Assembly: GCA_041751015.1 (NCBI GenBank) | Contig: JBGSYF010000024.1 | Location: 53,665-117,664, forward strand | Length of the DNA: 64,000 bases | Direction: 5' to 3' | From: Chitinophagales bacterium | GTDB lineage: Bacteria; Bacteroidota; Bacteroidia; Chitinophagales; BACL12 | In this document: piece after piece, positions 28,420 to 37,168 of the stretch | Position numbering within the stretch: the stretch's first letter is position 1 | Layout of the letters: every line of letters begins with the position of its first letter | Translations under genes and position numbers: made by a program | Notes under the pieces: generated by a model | What the model was told of the DNA's origin: nothing | Seen by the model: the letters and a program-made list of their open reading frames with translations, nothing else | Databases searched by the model: none

Positions 28420-30432
28420 ATGGCCGAATTACTTTGGCTGAAAATCCCCAATATGCCTCTCCCGCTCAGAGATCGAAGTGCCGCTTTCCTTATTCAAGCC
28501 ATCTTCCTGGTGCTTCTGACCAGCCTTTACAACCCCCGCAGTGCAGGGGCACAGTCCGCCTTTCATCCTTTTGAACGGGCGGAACCGGCTCTGCGCGCTG
28601 CAGCAGGCGCAGCGTTTGACCCCCGCCTTGAACCCTTCTACCACGGCGTGGCTTCCGGGGATCCGACCGCGGACGGGATCATACTCTGGACCCGGGTCAG
28701 CGTCACCGAGATTCAAAGCGTTGAAGTGGAATGGGAGATTGCTCCCGACACCGCGTTCAGCAGCATCATCCAAAGCGGAGTGCTCAGCACCGATACGGCA
28801 CAGGACTACACGGTCAAGGTTCCCCTGAGCGGACTGGCCTCCGGACATACCTACTACTACCGTTTTAAAGCTCTTGGCAATTACTCCATCACCGGGCGCA
28901 CCCGCACCGCCGACCAGAACCCCGAGCAATTGCGCTTTGCCGTGGTGTCCTGCAACAGTTATCCTGCCGGCTATTTCAACGCATTCGGACGTATAGCAGA
29001 GCGCAATGATCTGGACGCGGTCATTCATCTGGGCGATTTTATCTACGAGTATGGAGAGAGCTCAACACCAGGACCCGCCGGGGCAGAGCGGAATGTCATT
29101 GAACCCAAACACGAGATCCTGAGCCTGGAGGACTACCGGCAGCGCTATGCCTGGTATCGCCTGGATGCCGACTTGCGCCGGGCCATGCAGCAGCACCCCT
29201 TCATCTTTGTCTGGGATGACCACGAGAGCGCCAACAATTCCTGGACCGGTGGAGCGGAAAACCACGACCCGCTCAGCGAAGGGAGCTGGCCCCTTCGCAA
29301 GCGCCGCGCCTCCCGCGTTTACTTTGAATGGACCCCCATTCGCGATGACCCCAACTATAGCATTTACCGCAGCTTTTCCTTTGGCCCCCTGGCCGAGCTG
29401 ATCATGCTCGATACCCGTCTCGAAGGCCGGGAAGAGCAGGTCTACGATCACCTCGATCCGATCATCTGGGATCCCGATCGCACCATACTCGGCCCTTTTC
29501 AGTTCGAATGGTTTACCGACAAGCTCAAAAACTCCACTGCTCAGTGGAAACTCATCGGCAACCAGGTTCTGTTTAGCCCCGTGATCCTCGAAAACTTTGA
29601 GACCATCTACCCGGGTGTACAGGACGAGTTCCTGGATGTCTGGATGGGCTATCCCCAGGAGCGGGAGAAAATCCTGGACACCATGCAGCTACATAACATA
29701 AATAATGTTGTGTTTGCAACCGGAGACATTCACATCGCCGCGGCCTGTGATGTGCCCAGGTGGGACGGGGACAGCTTGTACTACAATGCAACTACCGCTG
29801 AAGGATCTCTTGCCGTGGAGTTTGTGGGAACCAGCATAAGCTCGAACAACTTTGACGAACAGGTCGGGGTATTTCTCGCCGGTTTGGTAGAGGATCTGTT
29901 TCTGGACGAAAATCCCCACGGCAAATACGGGGACTTCATTCGGCACGGGTACTTTGTTATGGATGTCAGCAGCGCGCGCACTCAGGCCGATTACTTCTAC
30001 GTGCGCAGTAAACTGGAACCCGACCGCGAAGAGAGCTTTGATGAGGGATGGTTTACGCTCAACGGGGAGAACCGCCTTCAGGCCGCCGGCGCTCCGGCTC
30101 CGCCAAAGAGCCAGCAGGAGATTCCCGCACCCGATCCAACCCTGAGCAGCACCGGCCTGGCCGGAGCCCCTGCCCTCTTTCTGTGGCAGAGCTGGCCCAA
30201 TCCCCTGCAGGGCCAGCAGGTTTTTGTCGCCATAAGCCTGAACCGCCCCGAGCAGCTCAGCATACGCCTCATCGATCCGGGAAGCGGGCGGGTGCATACC
30301 CTGGAACAACGCCAACTGCAAGCGGGTCACTACACCCTGCAGCTTGATCTGCCGCCCTTGAGCGCTCCTGCTGCCATCCTGGAATTGAGCATTCCCGGCC
30401 AGCTTGTGCGCAGCAAGCTGATGAAGCTGTAA
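28420..30432 (+). CDS. PhoD-family alkaline phosphatase/phosphodiesterase with T9SS C-terminal sorting domain
   Basis: FYHGVASGDPTADGIILWTR, VSCNSYPAGYFNAF, HLGDFIYEY and VWDDHESANN are PhoD-like metallophosphatase motifs. The C-terminus WPNPLQGQQVFVAISL...LIDPGSGRVHTL...GHYTLQLD is T9SS-CTD-like. The start is ATG 28420 or 28453. Confidence 0.85.
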   Translation: MAELLWLKIPNMPLPLRDRSAAFLIQAIFLVLLTSLYNPRSAGAQSAFHPFERAEPALRAAAGAAFDPRLEPFYHGVASGDPTADGIILWTRVSVTEIQSVEVEWEIAPDTAFSSIIQSGVLSTDTAQDYTVKVPLSGLASGHTYYYRFKALGNYSITGRTRTADQNPEQLRFAVVSCNSYPAGYFNAFGRIAERNDLDAVIHLGDFIYEYGESSTPGPAGAERNVIEPKHEILSLEDYRQRYAWYRLDADLRRAMQQHPFIFVWDDHESANNSWTGGAENHDPLSEGSWPLRKRRASRVYFEWTPIRDDPNYSIYRSFSFGPLAELIMLDTRLEGREEQVYDHLDPIIWDPDRTILGPFQFEWFTDKLKNSTAQWKLIGNQVLFSPVILENFETIYPGVQDEFLDVWMGYPQEREKILDTMQLHNINNVVFATGDIHIAAACDVPRWDGDSLYYNATTAEGSLAVEFVGTSISSNNFDEQVGVFLAGLVEDLFLDENPHGKYGDFIRHGYFVMDVSSARTQADYFYVRSKLEPDREESFDEGWFTLNGENRLQAAGAPAPPKSQQEIPAPDPTLSSTGLAGAPALFLWQSWPNPLQGQQVFVAISLNRPEQLSIRLIDPGSGRVHTLEQRQLQAGHYTLQLDLPPLSAPAAILELSIPGQLVRSKLMKL

Positions 30433-30468
30433 AAAAATATGGCGAAAGGCCGCTCAGCCTTTCGCCAT
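30432..30468 (-). terminator. Hairpin terminator (mainly for the minus-strand phosphorylase gene; possibly bidirectional)
   Basis: Perfect 12-bp stem atggcgaaaggc / gcctttcgccat with a 6-nt loop (30439-30468). On the minus strand it is followed by a T7 run (plus-strand aaaaaaa at 30431-30437). It lies between convergent genes. Confidence 0.65.
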
Positions 30469-30495
30469 AAAGTGTTGTTGAGAAAGCCGCGCGGC

Positions 30496-32214
30496 TTAAA
30501 CCGACAGGGCCGATTTGCCTTTCTTCTGGGAGCTCTTCATGCCCCGGCCTTCACGCTCCATGTCAAAGTCGTAGAGCAATTGATAGTACTCGGTGGCCAT
30601 TCGATCCGAATCAAACTGCGGAGCCACATCGCGCATGCTGTTTTTGACCAGTTGCGTCCAGCGACCGTCCTTGCTGTAGTAAGCCGGAATGAGCTCCTGC
30701 TCCAGGATGCGCATCATGTTTCCGTGATCCAGATCGTCGATCTGAGTCAGGGGTAACTCGGGATCTGCCGCTGGTATGAGGAAGCAGTTCTCTCCGTGGC
30801 GGGCAAACTCGGGAATCCACCCATCGTCGATGGAGAAGTTGACCGAGCCGTTCATGGCAGCCGTCATTCCACTGGTGCCCGAGGCCTCGCGCGGTCTGCG
30901 CGGTGTGTTCAACCATACGTCAGAGCCCTCCTTGAGCAGTTTGCTCAGGCCCATCTCATAGCCGGTCAGCACGGCGCAGTTCTTGCGCTTGTAGGTATAT
31001 TTCTGAATGTGGTTGAAGGTGGAAATAGCCCCTTCGTCAGAGGGATAGGGTTTTCCGGCCCAGATGATCTGCACGGGCTGATCCAGTTTGGATAACAGCG
31101 TGTTGAAACGCGTCAGGTCTCTCATGATCAGGTCTGCGCGCTTATAGGCCGCAAAGCGGCGGGCCCAGACAATGGTCAGAACATCGGGGTCAAAGATTTT
31201 GCCCGTCTGATCGGCGACAAATTCCATCAGGGCCATCTTCATCTTGCGCTTCTGAGCGCGAAGGGCCTCGTCGTCGTTGTTCTGGAAGGCCTGCTCCAAC
31301 GCGGGATTGGCCCAGTACTTCTTGTTTTGTGAATTGGTGATGCCCAGAATCTCGCAGCTTTCGTGCACGTCCTTCCACATGTCGCGGGAGACCCGTCCGT
31401 GCAATTGGCTCACGCCGTTGGCCCTCTTGGAGAAGGTCAGACATGCGGGAGTATAACTCAACTGATGGCCGAATTGCTGGGTGAGTTGACGAACCTCATC
31501 GATGTGCACATCGCCAAAGAAGCCCAGGCGGTTGAGCAAGTCAAAGTCGTGTTCGTCGTTGCCGGCGCGTTCGGGAGTATGCGTGGTGAAGACCATGCGG
31601 CGGCGCACTTCGTTGATGTCGCGGTGCTTTCCGTACAAGTGGAAGGCCAGGGGAAGGGCATGTCCCTCATTGAGGTGGTAAACATCAGCTCCGCCCAATG
31701 CCTCGATCACTTTGGCGCCACCAATGCCCAGAATGATGTTCTGCACCACCCGGGTTTCGTGGTTGGAGTCGTAGAGACGGTCGGTGATGGAACGGCCCAG
31801 GTGGTCGTTTTCCTCAATGTTGGTGGTCAGCAGGTACATCGGCACCGTTCCAAAGGTCTCGGGGCGCAGATAGAGCGCCTTGACCAGAACCTGATGCTGG
31901 TTGATGTAAACGGGCACCATGATGCCGGTTTCCTCCAGAAATGGATAGTACTTCTTGAGGAATTGGGGCCTCATCGTCCGGTCGTCATTGCGAACCTGAT
32001 CGTAGTAGCCGAATTTCCACAACATACCCACTCCGATGAGGTTTTGACGGAGTTCATAGGCGCTGCGCATATGGGAACCGGCCAGAAATCCCAGGCCGCC
32101 GGAGAAGATCTTCAAGGGCTGGTGAATGCCAAACTCCATACAGAGATAGGCGACCCGCTTTCCAAAGCGCGGATCCGGCTCATAAGGATGTTGCCATTTG
32201 GCGTAAGGCGTCAT
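30496..32214 (-). CDS. GT35 alpha-glucan phosphorylase family protein (atypical PLP site)
   Basis: 572 aa. FSGGLGFLAGSH, AYKRADLI, IWAGKPYPSDEG and EASGTSGMTAAMNG align with glycogen/maltodextrin phosphorylase signature blocks. The residue after GM is Thr, not the expected Lys (see findings). Confidence 0.85.
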   Translation of the reverse strand: MTPYAKWQHPYEPDPRFGKRVAYLCMEFGIHQPLKIFSGGLGFLAGSHMRSAYELRQNLIGVGMLWKFGYYDQVRNDDRTMRPQFLKKYYPFLEETGIMVPVYINQHQVLVKALYLRPETFGTVPMYLLTTNIEENDHLGRSITDRLYDSNHETRVVQNIILGIGGAKVIEALGGADVYHLNEGHALPLAFHLYGKHRDINEVRRRMVFTTHTPERAGNDEHDFDLLNRLGFFGDVHIDEVRQLTQQFGHQLSYTPACLTFSKRANGVSQLHGRVSRDMWKDVHESCEILGITNSQNKKYWANPALEQAFQNNDDEALRAQKRKMKMALMEFVADQTGKIFDPDVLTIVWARRFAAYKRADLIMRDLTRFNTLLSKLDQPVQIIWAGKPYPSDEGAISTFNHIQKYTYKRKNCAVLTGYEMGLSKLLKEGSDVWLNTPRRPREASGTSGMTAAMNGSVNFSIDDGWIPEFARHGENCFLIPAADPELPLTQIDDLDHGNMMRILEQELIPAYYSKDGRWTQLVKNSMRDVAPQFDSDRMATEYYQLLYDFDMEREGRGMKSSQKKGKSALSV

Positions 32215-32498
32215 ACAGTCGTTTTTGTGATACCCTTAGCGTACTATGTACACTAAGCGGGCAAAAGAGCAGCTAATATCGGGTTAAAAGCTTGAAAATG
32301 GCGAAAGTCCAGCCTCCTTCAGGCCCGATTCTGTGCTGAAGGCGGGGTTTGGGCTTCACATGAGCTAAAATTGACCAAAAAAATGGTCGGAAACAGCGTG
32401 GTAAGACCCCTGCGTACCGACAATGTCTTCGTCAGAACAGCCTGTTGTACGTTTTGCTTGGGGCTTCTGTTGCAAGGGGCTTCAGTCAGCTGGTTTGC

Positions 32499-33428
32499 CT
32501 ATATCCAGTATTCTTTCAGCCACTTTACCGTGTTGGCGATAGGCAGGGTTGAGGCAAAATTGACCATAAACTTCATCTGCCTGGGCTTGACGGCGTCCAT
32601 GGGAATGGTGACCCTGGGAGGAAAAACGGGAGCCAGTCGGTGATAGTGCTCGTGCAACAATTGATAACACTGGTAGTCGGCTATACCGGACACCCCGTCA
32701 AACATCAGGCGAATCAGGGGTTTGGCCCATTGAGCCAGGCCCCAGTCCACATCGCGACTGATGTACTCCAGACTGGTTCCGGTACCGAGAGAAAACAGCC
32801 GGACATCATCCAGAGCCGGGGTAGGTTTGTAGCGCTTGTCCTGGCTTTGGGCCAGCGCGCACATGGAGGGATTGCTGGCATAGACCCCTCCATCGATATA
32901 GCCATCTACAGAGGGAAAGAAGGTAGGGGCAGCGCTGGTGTACAAACCAACCTTGACGACCGAAGCGCTGCGGTCGTTTTCCGAGCCTGTGAAATTGTGG
33001 AAGAGCTTGGGCTTCCAGGTGCGCTTGGACGAAGGCATGCGGTTGTCTAACTGGAAAGTGCTGATGAGCACTCTCTTCTTCAACCCACCCAATGTGGTAT
33101 TCTGAAAGAGCCCCACCAGTTCTTTCTTTAACGGAACAATGCTGTAATCCGCACCGCGCAATTTTCCCAAATCCCGGATGTTGTCAAAGACCGTGTCCGC
33201 AAAGATGACAGGTCCTTTCTTCTCATAAACATCCCGTATGGTTTGGAGATCCAGACCGTGGGCAATGCCTAGTGCAATCAGCCCCCCGGTAGAGGTGCCC
33301 GCCAGTAAGTCGGTGGAATCCAACAGATTACTCATGCCGGGTTCGGCCAGAATGCGCTGGAGCAAAATGGTGCTGATCAGACCGCGGATGCCTCCGCCAT
33401 CTATAGAGAGAATTCGATAGTTTGCCAT
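32499..33428 (-). CDS. Patatin-like phospholipase
   Basis: ILSIDGGGIRG oxyanion motif, GTSTGG nucleophile elbow (GxSxG), IDGGVYASNP catalytic Asp motif. Confidence 0.9.
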   Translation of the reverse strand: MANYRILSIDGGGIRGLISTILLQRILAEPGMSNLLDSTDLLAGTSTGGLIALGIAHGLDLQTIRDVYEKKGPVIFADTVFDNIRDLGKLRGADYSIVPLKKELVGLFQNTTLGGLKKRVLISTFQLDNRMPSSKRTWKPKLFHNFTGSENDRSASVVKVGLYTSAAPTFFPSVDGYIDGGVYASNPSMCALAQSQDKRYKPTPALDDVRLFSLGTGTSLEYISRDVDWGLAQWAKPLIRLMFDGVSGIADYQCYQLLHEHYHRLAPVFPPRVTIPMDAVKPRQMKFMVNFASTLPIANTVKWLKEYWI

Positions 33429-33639
33429 CTTGAAAATTTTTGATGTTTAAACACGCCTGTCTTGTCCCGGCAAACAATGGCTTTAAAGTTAGCGTACCAT
33501 GCTAAACGGTATGTATGTAGTCCTTTATTTTGCTTAACTTTCATTAATGTTGTCTTGTTTATCATTTGCCGGATAAGAACGGGCTAGTCAGACGGAGGGT
33601 TTTATTCACCGCAAACTAAAAAGTTTTAAATAGTTACTA

Positions 33640-34128
33640 ATGGCGTTCTTTGAATCCTTTGATGTAAGGTGGTCTGATCTTGATGTAAACCGTCACGTAG
33701 CCAATACAGCCTATTCAAATTTCATGATCGCTGTGCGGATGAGTTACCTGAAGAAGGGAGGTTTTGATCAGGCGGCTTTTGACCACCACCGGATCGGACC
33801 GGCCATCATCAGCGAGACCTTTCATTACCTCAAAGAAAGCCTACCCGAATCGTCATTGAGGGTCAATCTGGAGTTGTCTGGTTTATCAGAAGACGAGCGC
33901 CTGGTTCGATTCAATCATTCCGTCTATCAGGACGATGGAGTCCTCTCGGTCTTTGCCCGTTGCACCTTTTGTTGGATAGACCTGGACAGCAGAAAGATGA
34001 AACAAGCGCCGGAAGCTCTTGCTGCGCTTATCAGAAACATGGATCGCAGCGCTGACTTCCATGTATTGACCAAGAGCGAGGCTTTTCCGGTCGGACTTCC
34101 CCGAAAGAAACGGATCGCCGTGATTTGA
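33640..34128 (+). CDS. Hotdog-fold acyl-CoA thioesterase (4HBT/YbgC-like)
   Basis: FDVRWSDLDVNRHVANTAYSNFM matches the thioesterase v.v.DtD..ghV.n..Y pattern. 162 aa. Confidence 0.7.
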   Translation: MAFFESFDVRWSDLDVNRHVANTAYSNFMIAVRMSYLKKGGFDQAAFDHHRIGPAIISETFHYLKESLPESSLRVNLELSGLSEDERLVRFNHSVYQDDGVLSVFARCTFCWIDLDSRKMKQAPEALAALIRNMDRSADFHVLTKSEAFPVGLPRKKRIAVI

Positions 34129-34231
34129 GCTTGGCTCTTCCCGGTGCTGACGAACCGCACTTCTATGAGCTATCGGCTATCTTAGCCCTTCAGGGTCTCG
34201 CACGCGCAGGCCGGAAAATCTCTCTACAACT

Positions 34232-35005
34232 ATGCCGATCAAGCCAGAGTACCCTCCGCTGCCGCTAAGCGAACAGTCTTCCCTTCCACCAAAGGAACTT
34301 AAGAAAGCGGATGTCATTGATGAGCTTCCCAAACTGCAGGAAAAGATTCAGGATCTGCAACGCCTTTTGTACGCCGATGGGCGCAACAGCCTGCTGATTA
34401 TCCTGCAGGGCATGGATGCGAGCGGCAAAGACGGCTCACTCAACGCCATTCTCCACGGAATGACTGCGCTGGGAAGCTCCGTTACCGGATTCAAGAAACC
34501 CAGCACCAAGGAGATGAGCCACGATTTTCTCTGGAGGGTGCATCAGGTGGTTCCGGAGAAAGGCCGGGTGGCCATCTTCAACCGTTCCCACTATGAAGAC
34601 GTGCTCATACAGCGCGTACACCGCTGGGTCAGCGAAGAGAAAATTGAGCAGCGATACGAGCATATCAATGCCTTTGAGCGCCTGCTCCATCAGGAAAACG
34701 GCACCGTCATCCTCAAGTTTTACCTCCACGTTTCCAAAGATGAGCAACTCGAGCGCCTCAATGAGCGCAAGACCGTGCGTCGCAAGATGTGGAAACACAA
34801 CCCCGGGGACTTTAAGGAAAGGGAGCACTGGGATGAGTACATGAAGGCCTATGCGGAAGTCTTTCAGCGCTGTGGTCCCGAATTTCCCTGGTACATCGTT
34901 CCTGCGGACAAGAATTGGTACAAGGAATACGTGATCCTGAAGACCATACTTTCCGCCCTTGAAAAGCTGGACATGAACTTTCCCCATTTCAGCGAAATGG
35001 AGTGA
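34232..35005 (+). CDS. ppk2: Polyphosphate kinase 2 family protein (single-domain)
   Basis: LLIILQGMDASGKDG Walker A, FNRSHYEDVL, and PPK2 lid region with WYIVPADKNW. Confidence 0.9.
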   Translation: MPIKPEYPPLPLSEQSSLPPKELKKADVIDELPKLQEKIQDLQRLLYADGRNSLLIILQGMDASGKDGSLNAILHGMTALGSSVTGFKKPSTKEMSHDFLWRVHQVVPEKGRVAIFNRSHYEDVLIQRVHRWVSEEKIEQRYEHINAFERLLHQENGTVILKFYLHVSKDEQLERLNERKTVRRKMWKHNPGDFKEREHWDEYMKAYAEVFQRCGPEFPWYIVPADKNWYKEYVILKTILSALEKLDMNFPHFSEME

Positions 35006-35079
35006 GATGCTGAAAACAGTCTGGTAGTTTGTATCTTTAAGGTTGCGTCCGTTAGAGACCAGGCCTTCATTCAAGCACT

Positions 35080-36075
35080 ATGAACCGTTTTTCTACCCTC
35101 TTCTCCGCGCTCCTGATCTCTCAGGCGCTTGTTGCTCAAAGCGTGGCTTTTAGCCTCCACATCAACCACCGATTGGGCGAAAAGAACTTTGGACTGGGCG
35201 TTGAAGCCCTGAACGACAGCATTCCTTTCATCTCCGAAAGGATGGAGTACTATCTGTCTAAGATTGAGATCATCCACGATGGGGGTTTGGTTACCCCGGT
35301 CGAAGACACCTGGCTTTTGGTCGATGCGAGCAGCGACATTCGCTTTGAACTGGGCGAATTTGAGCTGGAGAATGTCGAAGGCATCCGATTCGGGCTGGGT
35401 GTTGAGGAGGAGGCCAACCATCTGGACCCCGCGAGCTACCCCGCCGAACACCCCCTGGCCTATCAGTTCCCCTCCATGCACTGGGGATGGCTTTCCGGCT
35501 ACCGCTTTGTCTGCGCGGAAGGTTTTGCCGGTGCAGCCTTGAACACGCGCTGGGAGATCCACGCCCTTGGCAATGCCAATTACTACACGGTTTCCCTCCT
35601 CGGCGCTGCCGTGGACGAAGGCGATGAGCTGGTTTATTACATCGATGCAGACTATGTCAAGGCCTTTACCAACATCAGCCTCAAGCTCGGTCTGCTCGAG
35701 CACGGTGAATCGGGCTACGCCGCAACGCTCCTGTTCAACATGAGCCGCGATGTGTTCAGCCGGGCCGAAGGTCCCATGGTCATCAGCGGATTGCCCAATA
35801 CAGATTGGTCCGTCGCAGAAGCCGGGGATTTTAGGGTTTGGCCCAATCCCAGCCTGGACGGCAGGGTGCAGGTGAGTCTGGATCAGCCTCAGGAGGGCGA
35901 GATCCTGTGGGTGCTCAGCGACATGACGGGTCGAAGGGTTTGGCAGCAAACCCAGCCGGGCACCATGCAAAGCCTGGAGTTTCAACTGCCCCATGCCGGC
36001 AATTTCTTTCTCAGCGCGCAACTCGGCGCTGATGATCAATGGCTTAGCCCCCGCCTGATTCAACGGGTGGAATGA
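35080..36075 (+). CDS. MbnP-like (WxW-motif) putative copper-binding protein with T9SS C-terminal sorting domain
   Basis: Signal peptide MNRFSTLFSALLISQALVAQS. The block YYLSKIEIIHDGG...IRFGLGVEE...SMHWGWLSGYRFVCAEG resembles the MbnP family as I recall it. Its stop overlaps the start of a di-haem peroxidase gene (ATGA), the MbnP/MbnH arrangement. The C-terminus VWPNPSLDGRVQVSL...LSDMTGRRVW...GNFFLSAQL is a T9SS CTD. Confidence 0.65.
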   Translation: MNRFSTLFSALLISQALVAQSVAFSLHINHRLGEKNFGLGVEALNDSIPFISERMEYYLSKIEIIHDGGLVTPVEDTWLLVDASSDIRFELGEFELENVEGIRFGLGVEEEANHLDPASYPAEHPLAYQFPSMHWGWLSGYRFVCAEGFAGAALNTRWEIHALGNANYYTVSLLGAAVDEGDELVYYIDADYVKAFTNISLKLGLLEHGESGYAATLLFNMSRDVFSRAEGPMVISGLPNTDWSVAEAGDFRVWPNPSLDGRVQVSLDQPQEGEILWVLSDMTGRRVWQQTQPGTMQSLEFQLPHAGNFFLSAQLGADDQWLSPRLIQRVE

Positions 36076-37145
36076 CTTTTCGGGCCGTGAAGAAGGTCTT
36101 TCTATTTCCCATTCCTACGTCATTGAGCCGCTTGTGCGTCCCGGTGCTGGGCCTGTCTGTGTTTTTCCTGTTGTTATCGGCTTGTGGAAAGGTGACTGTG
36201 CCCATAGACGAAGAGCTGGCTTTGCTCAACCTGCCGCCGGGCTTTGAGCGCCCCTCCATTCCACTCGACAATGCCTTGAACCAGGCCAGGGTTGAGCTGG
36301 GAAAACGCCTGTTCTACGACCCGGCCCTGAGCCGCGACAGCAGCATATCCTGCGCTTCCTGCCACGCGCCGGAGCGGGCATTTACCGATGGCAGAAGCCT
36401 GAGTTTAGGGGTGAATGATGCCCAGGGAATGCGCAATTCCCCGACCCTGGTCAACCTGGCCTGGCAGCCCTATTTCATGTCGGAGGGCGGCGTACCCAGC
36501 CTGGAATCGCAGGTTGGAGTGCCCATACAGGAGCATGCGGAGTTTGATTTCAACTTTGTTCTGTTGGCCGAGCGTCTGGGAGCAAATCAGCACTATCAGC
36601 AGATGAGCCGCAGCGCCTATGGCCGCGATATAGATCCCTTTGTGATCTCGCGGGCCATCGCTGCCTTTGAACGCATCCTGATCAGCGGGCGAAGCGACTT
36701 TGATCGCTACCAGAACGGGGATGAACAGGCCTTGAGCGCGGAGGAAATCCGGGGTATGGATCTGTTCTTCAGCGAGCGAACCCAGTGTTCTTCCTGCCAC
36801 GGCGGCACTTTTCTGACCACTTACGAGTTTCACAACAACGGTCTTTATCTCGACTACGCCGATCCCGGGCGGGCCCGCCTGACGGCACTGGAGGAGGACC
36901 GCGCCCTGTTCAAGGTGCCCACCTTGCGCAACATCGCCGAAACGGCTCCCTACATGCACGATGGCTCCATGGCCACGCTGGACGAGGTGCTGCAGCATTA
37001 CCGCGGCGGCGGAGAGGCGCATCCCAACAAGAGCCCGCTCATTCAGGGCCTTGATCTGAGCGATGCTGAACTGGCTGATTTAAAAGCCTTTCTTTTGGCC
37101 CTGAGCGATCCCGATTTTCTGAGCAATCCCGCCTTTCGACCCTGA
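36072..37145 (+). CDS. Di-haem cytochrome c peroxidase family lipoprotein (MbnH/MauG-like), copy 1
   Basis: Two CxxCH motifs (CASCH, CSSCH), lipobox LLLSAC, and FKVPTLRNIAETAPYMHDGS, the conserved CCP block. Confidence 0.85.
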   Translation: MTFRAVKKVFLFPIPTSLSRLCVPVLGLSVFFLLLSACGKVTVPIDEELALLNLPPGFERPSIPLDNALNQARVELGKRLFYDPALSRDSSISCASCHAPERAFTDGRSLSLGVNDAQGMRNSPTLVNLAWQPYFMSEGGVPSLESQVGVPIQEHAEFDFNFVLLAERLGANQHYQQMSRSAYGRDIDPFVISRAIAAFERILISGRSDFDRYQNGDEQALSAEEIRGMDLFFSERTQCSSCHGGTFLTTYEFHNNGLYLDYADPGRARLTALEEDRALFKVPTLRNIAETAPYMHDGSMATLDEVLQHYRGGGEAHPNKSPLIQGLDLSDAELADLKAFLLALSDPDFLSNPAFRP

Positions 37146-37168
37146 ATCTGAGCGCCCACCAAAGAACC

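Noticed and set aside
32371-32643. 90-aa plus-strand ORF in the phosphorylase-patatin spacer
   Set aside because: Half of it overlaps the 3' end of the patatin gene on the opposite strand. Its composition is hydrophobic and Cys-rich without motifs. There are no start-context or coupling signals.
32499-33428. Patatin-like phospholipase as the effector of a CBASS-type or other anti-phage system
   Set aside because: No CD-NTase/cyclase, E1/E2/JAB, sensor or other partner gene is adjacent. The neighbours are a phosphorylase homologue and, divergently, a thioesterase. It is best read as a stand-alone lipase, and I cannot support a defence call.
35071-36063. 330-aa minus-strand ORF mirroring the MbnP-like gene
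   Set aside because: The plus-strand frame has a signal peptide, conserved MbnP-like blocks, a T9SS tail and an ATGA junction with the next gene. The minus frame has none of these. Shadow ORF.
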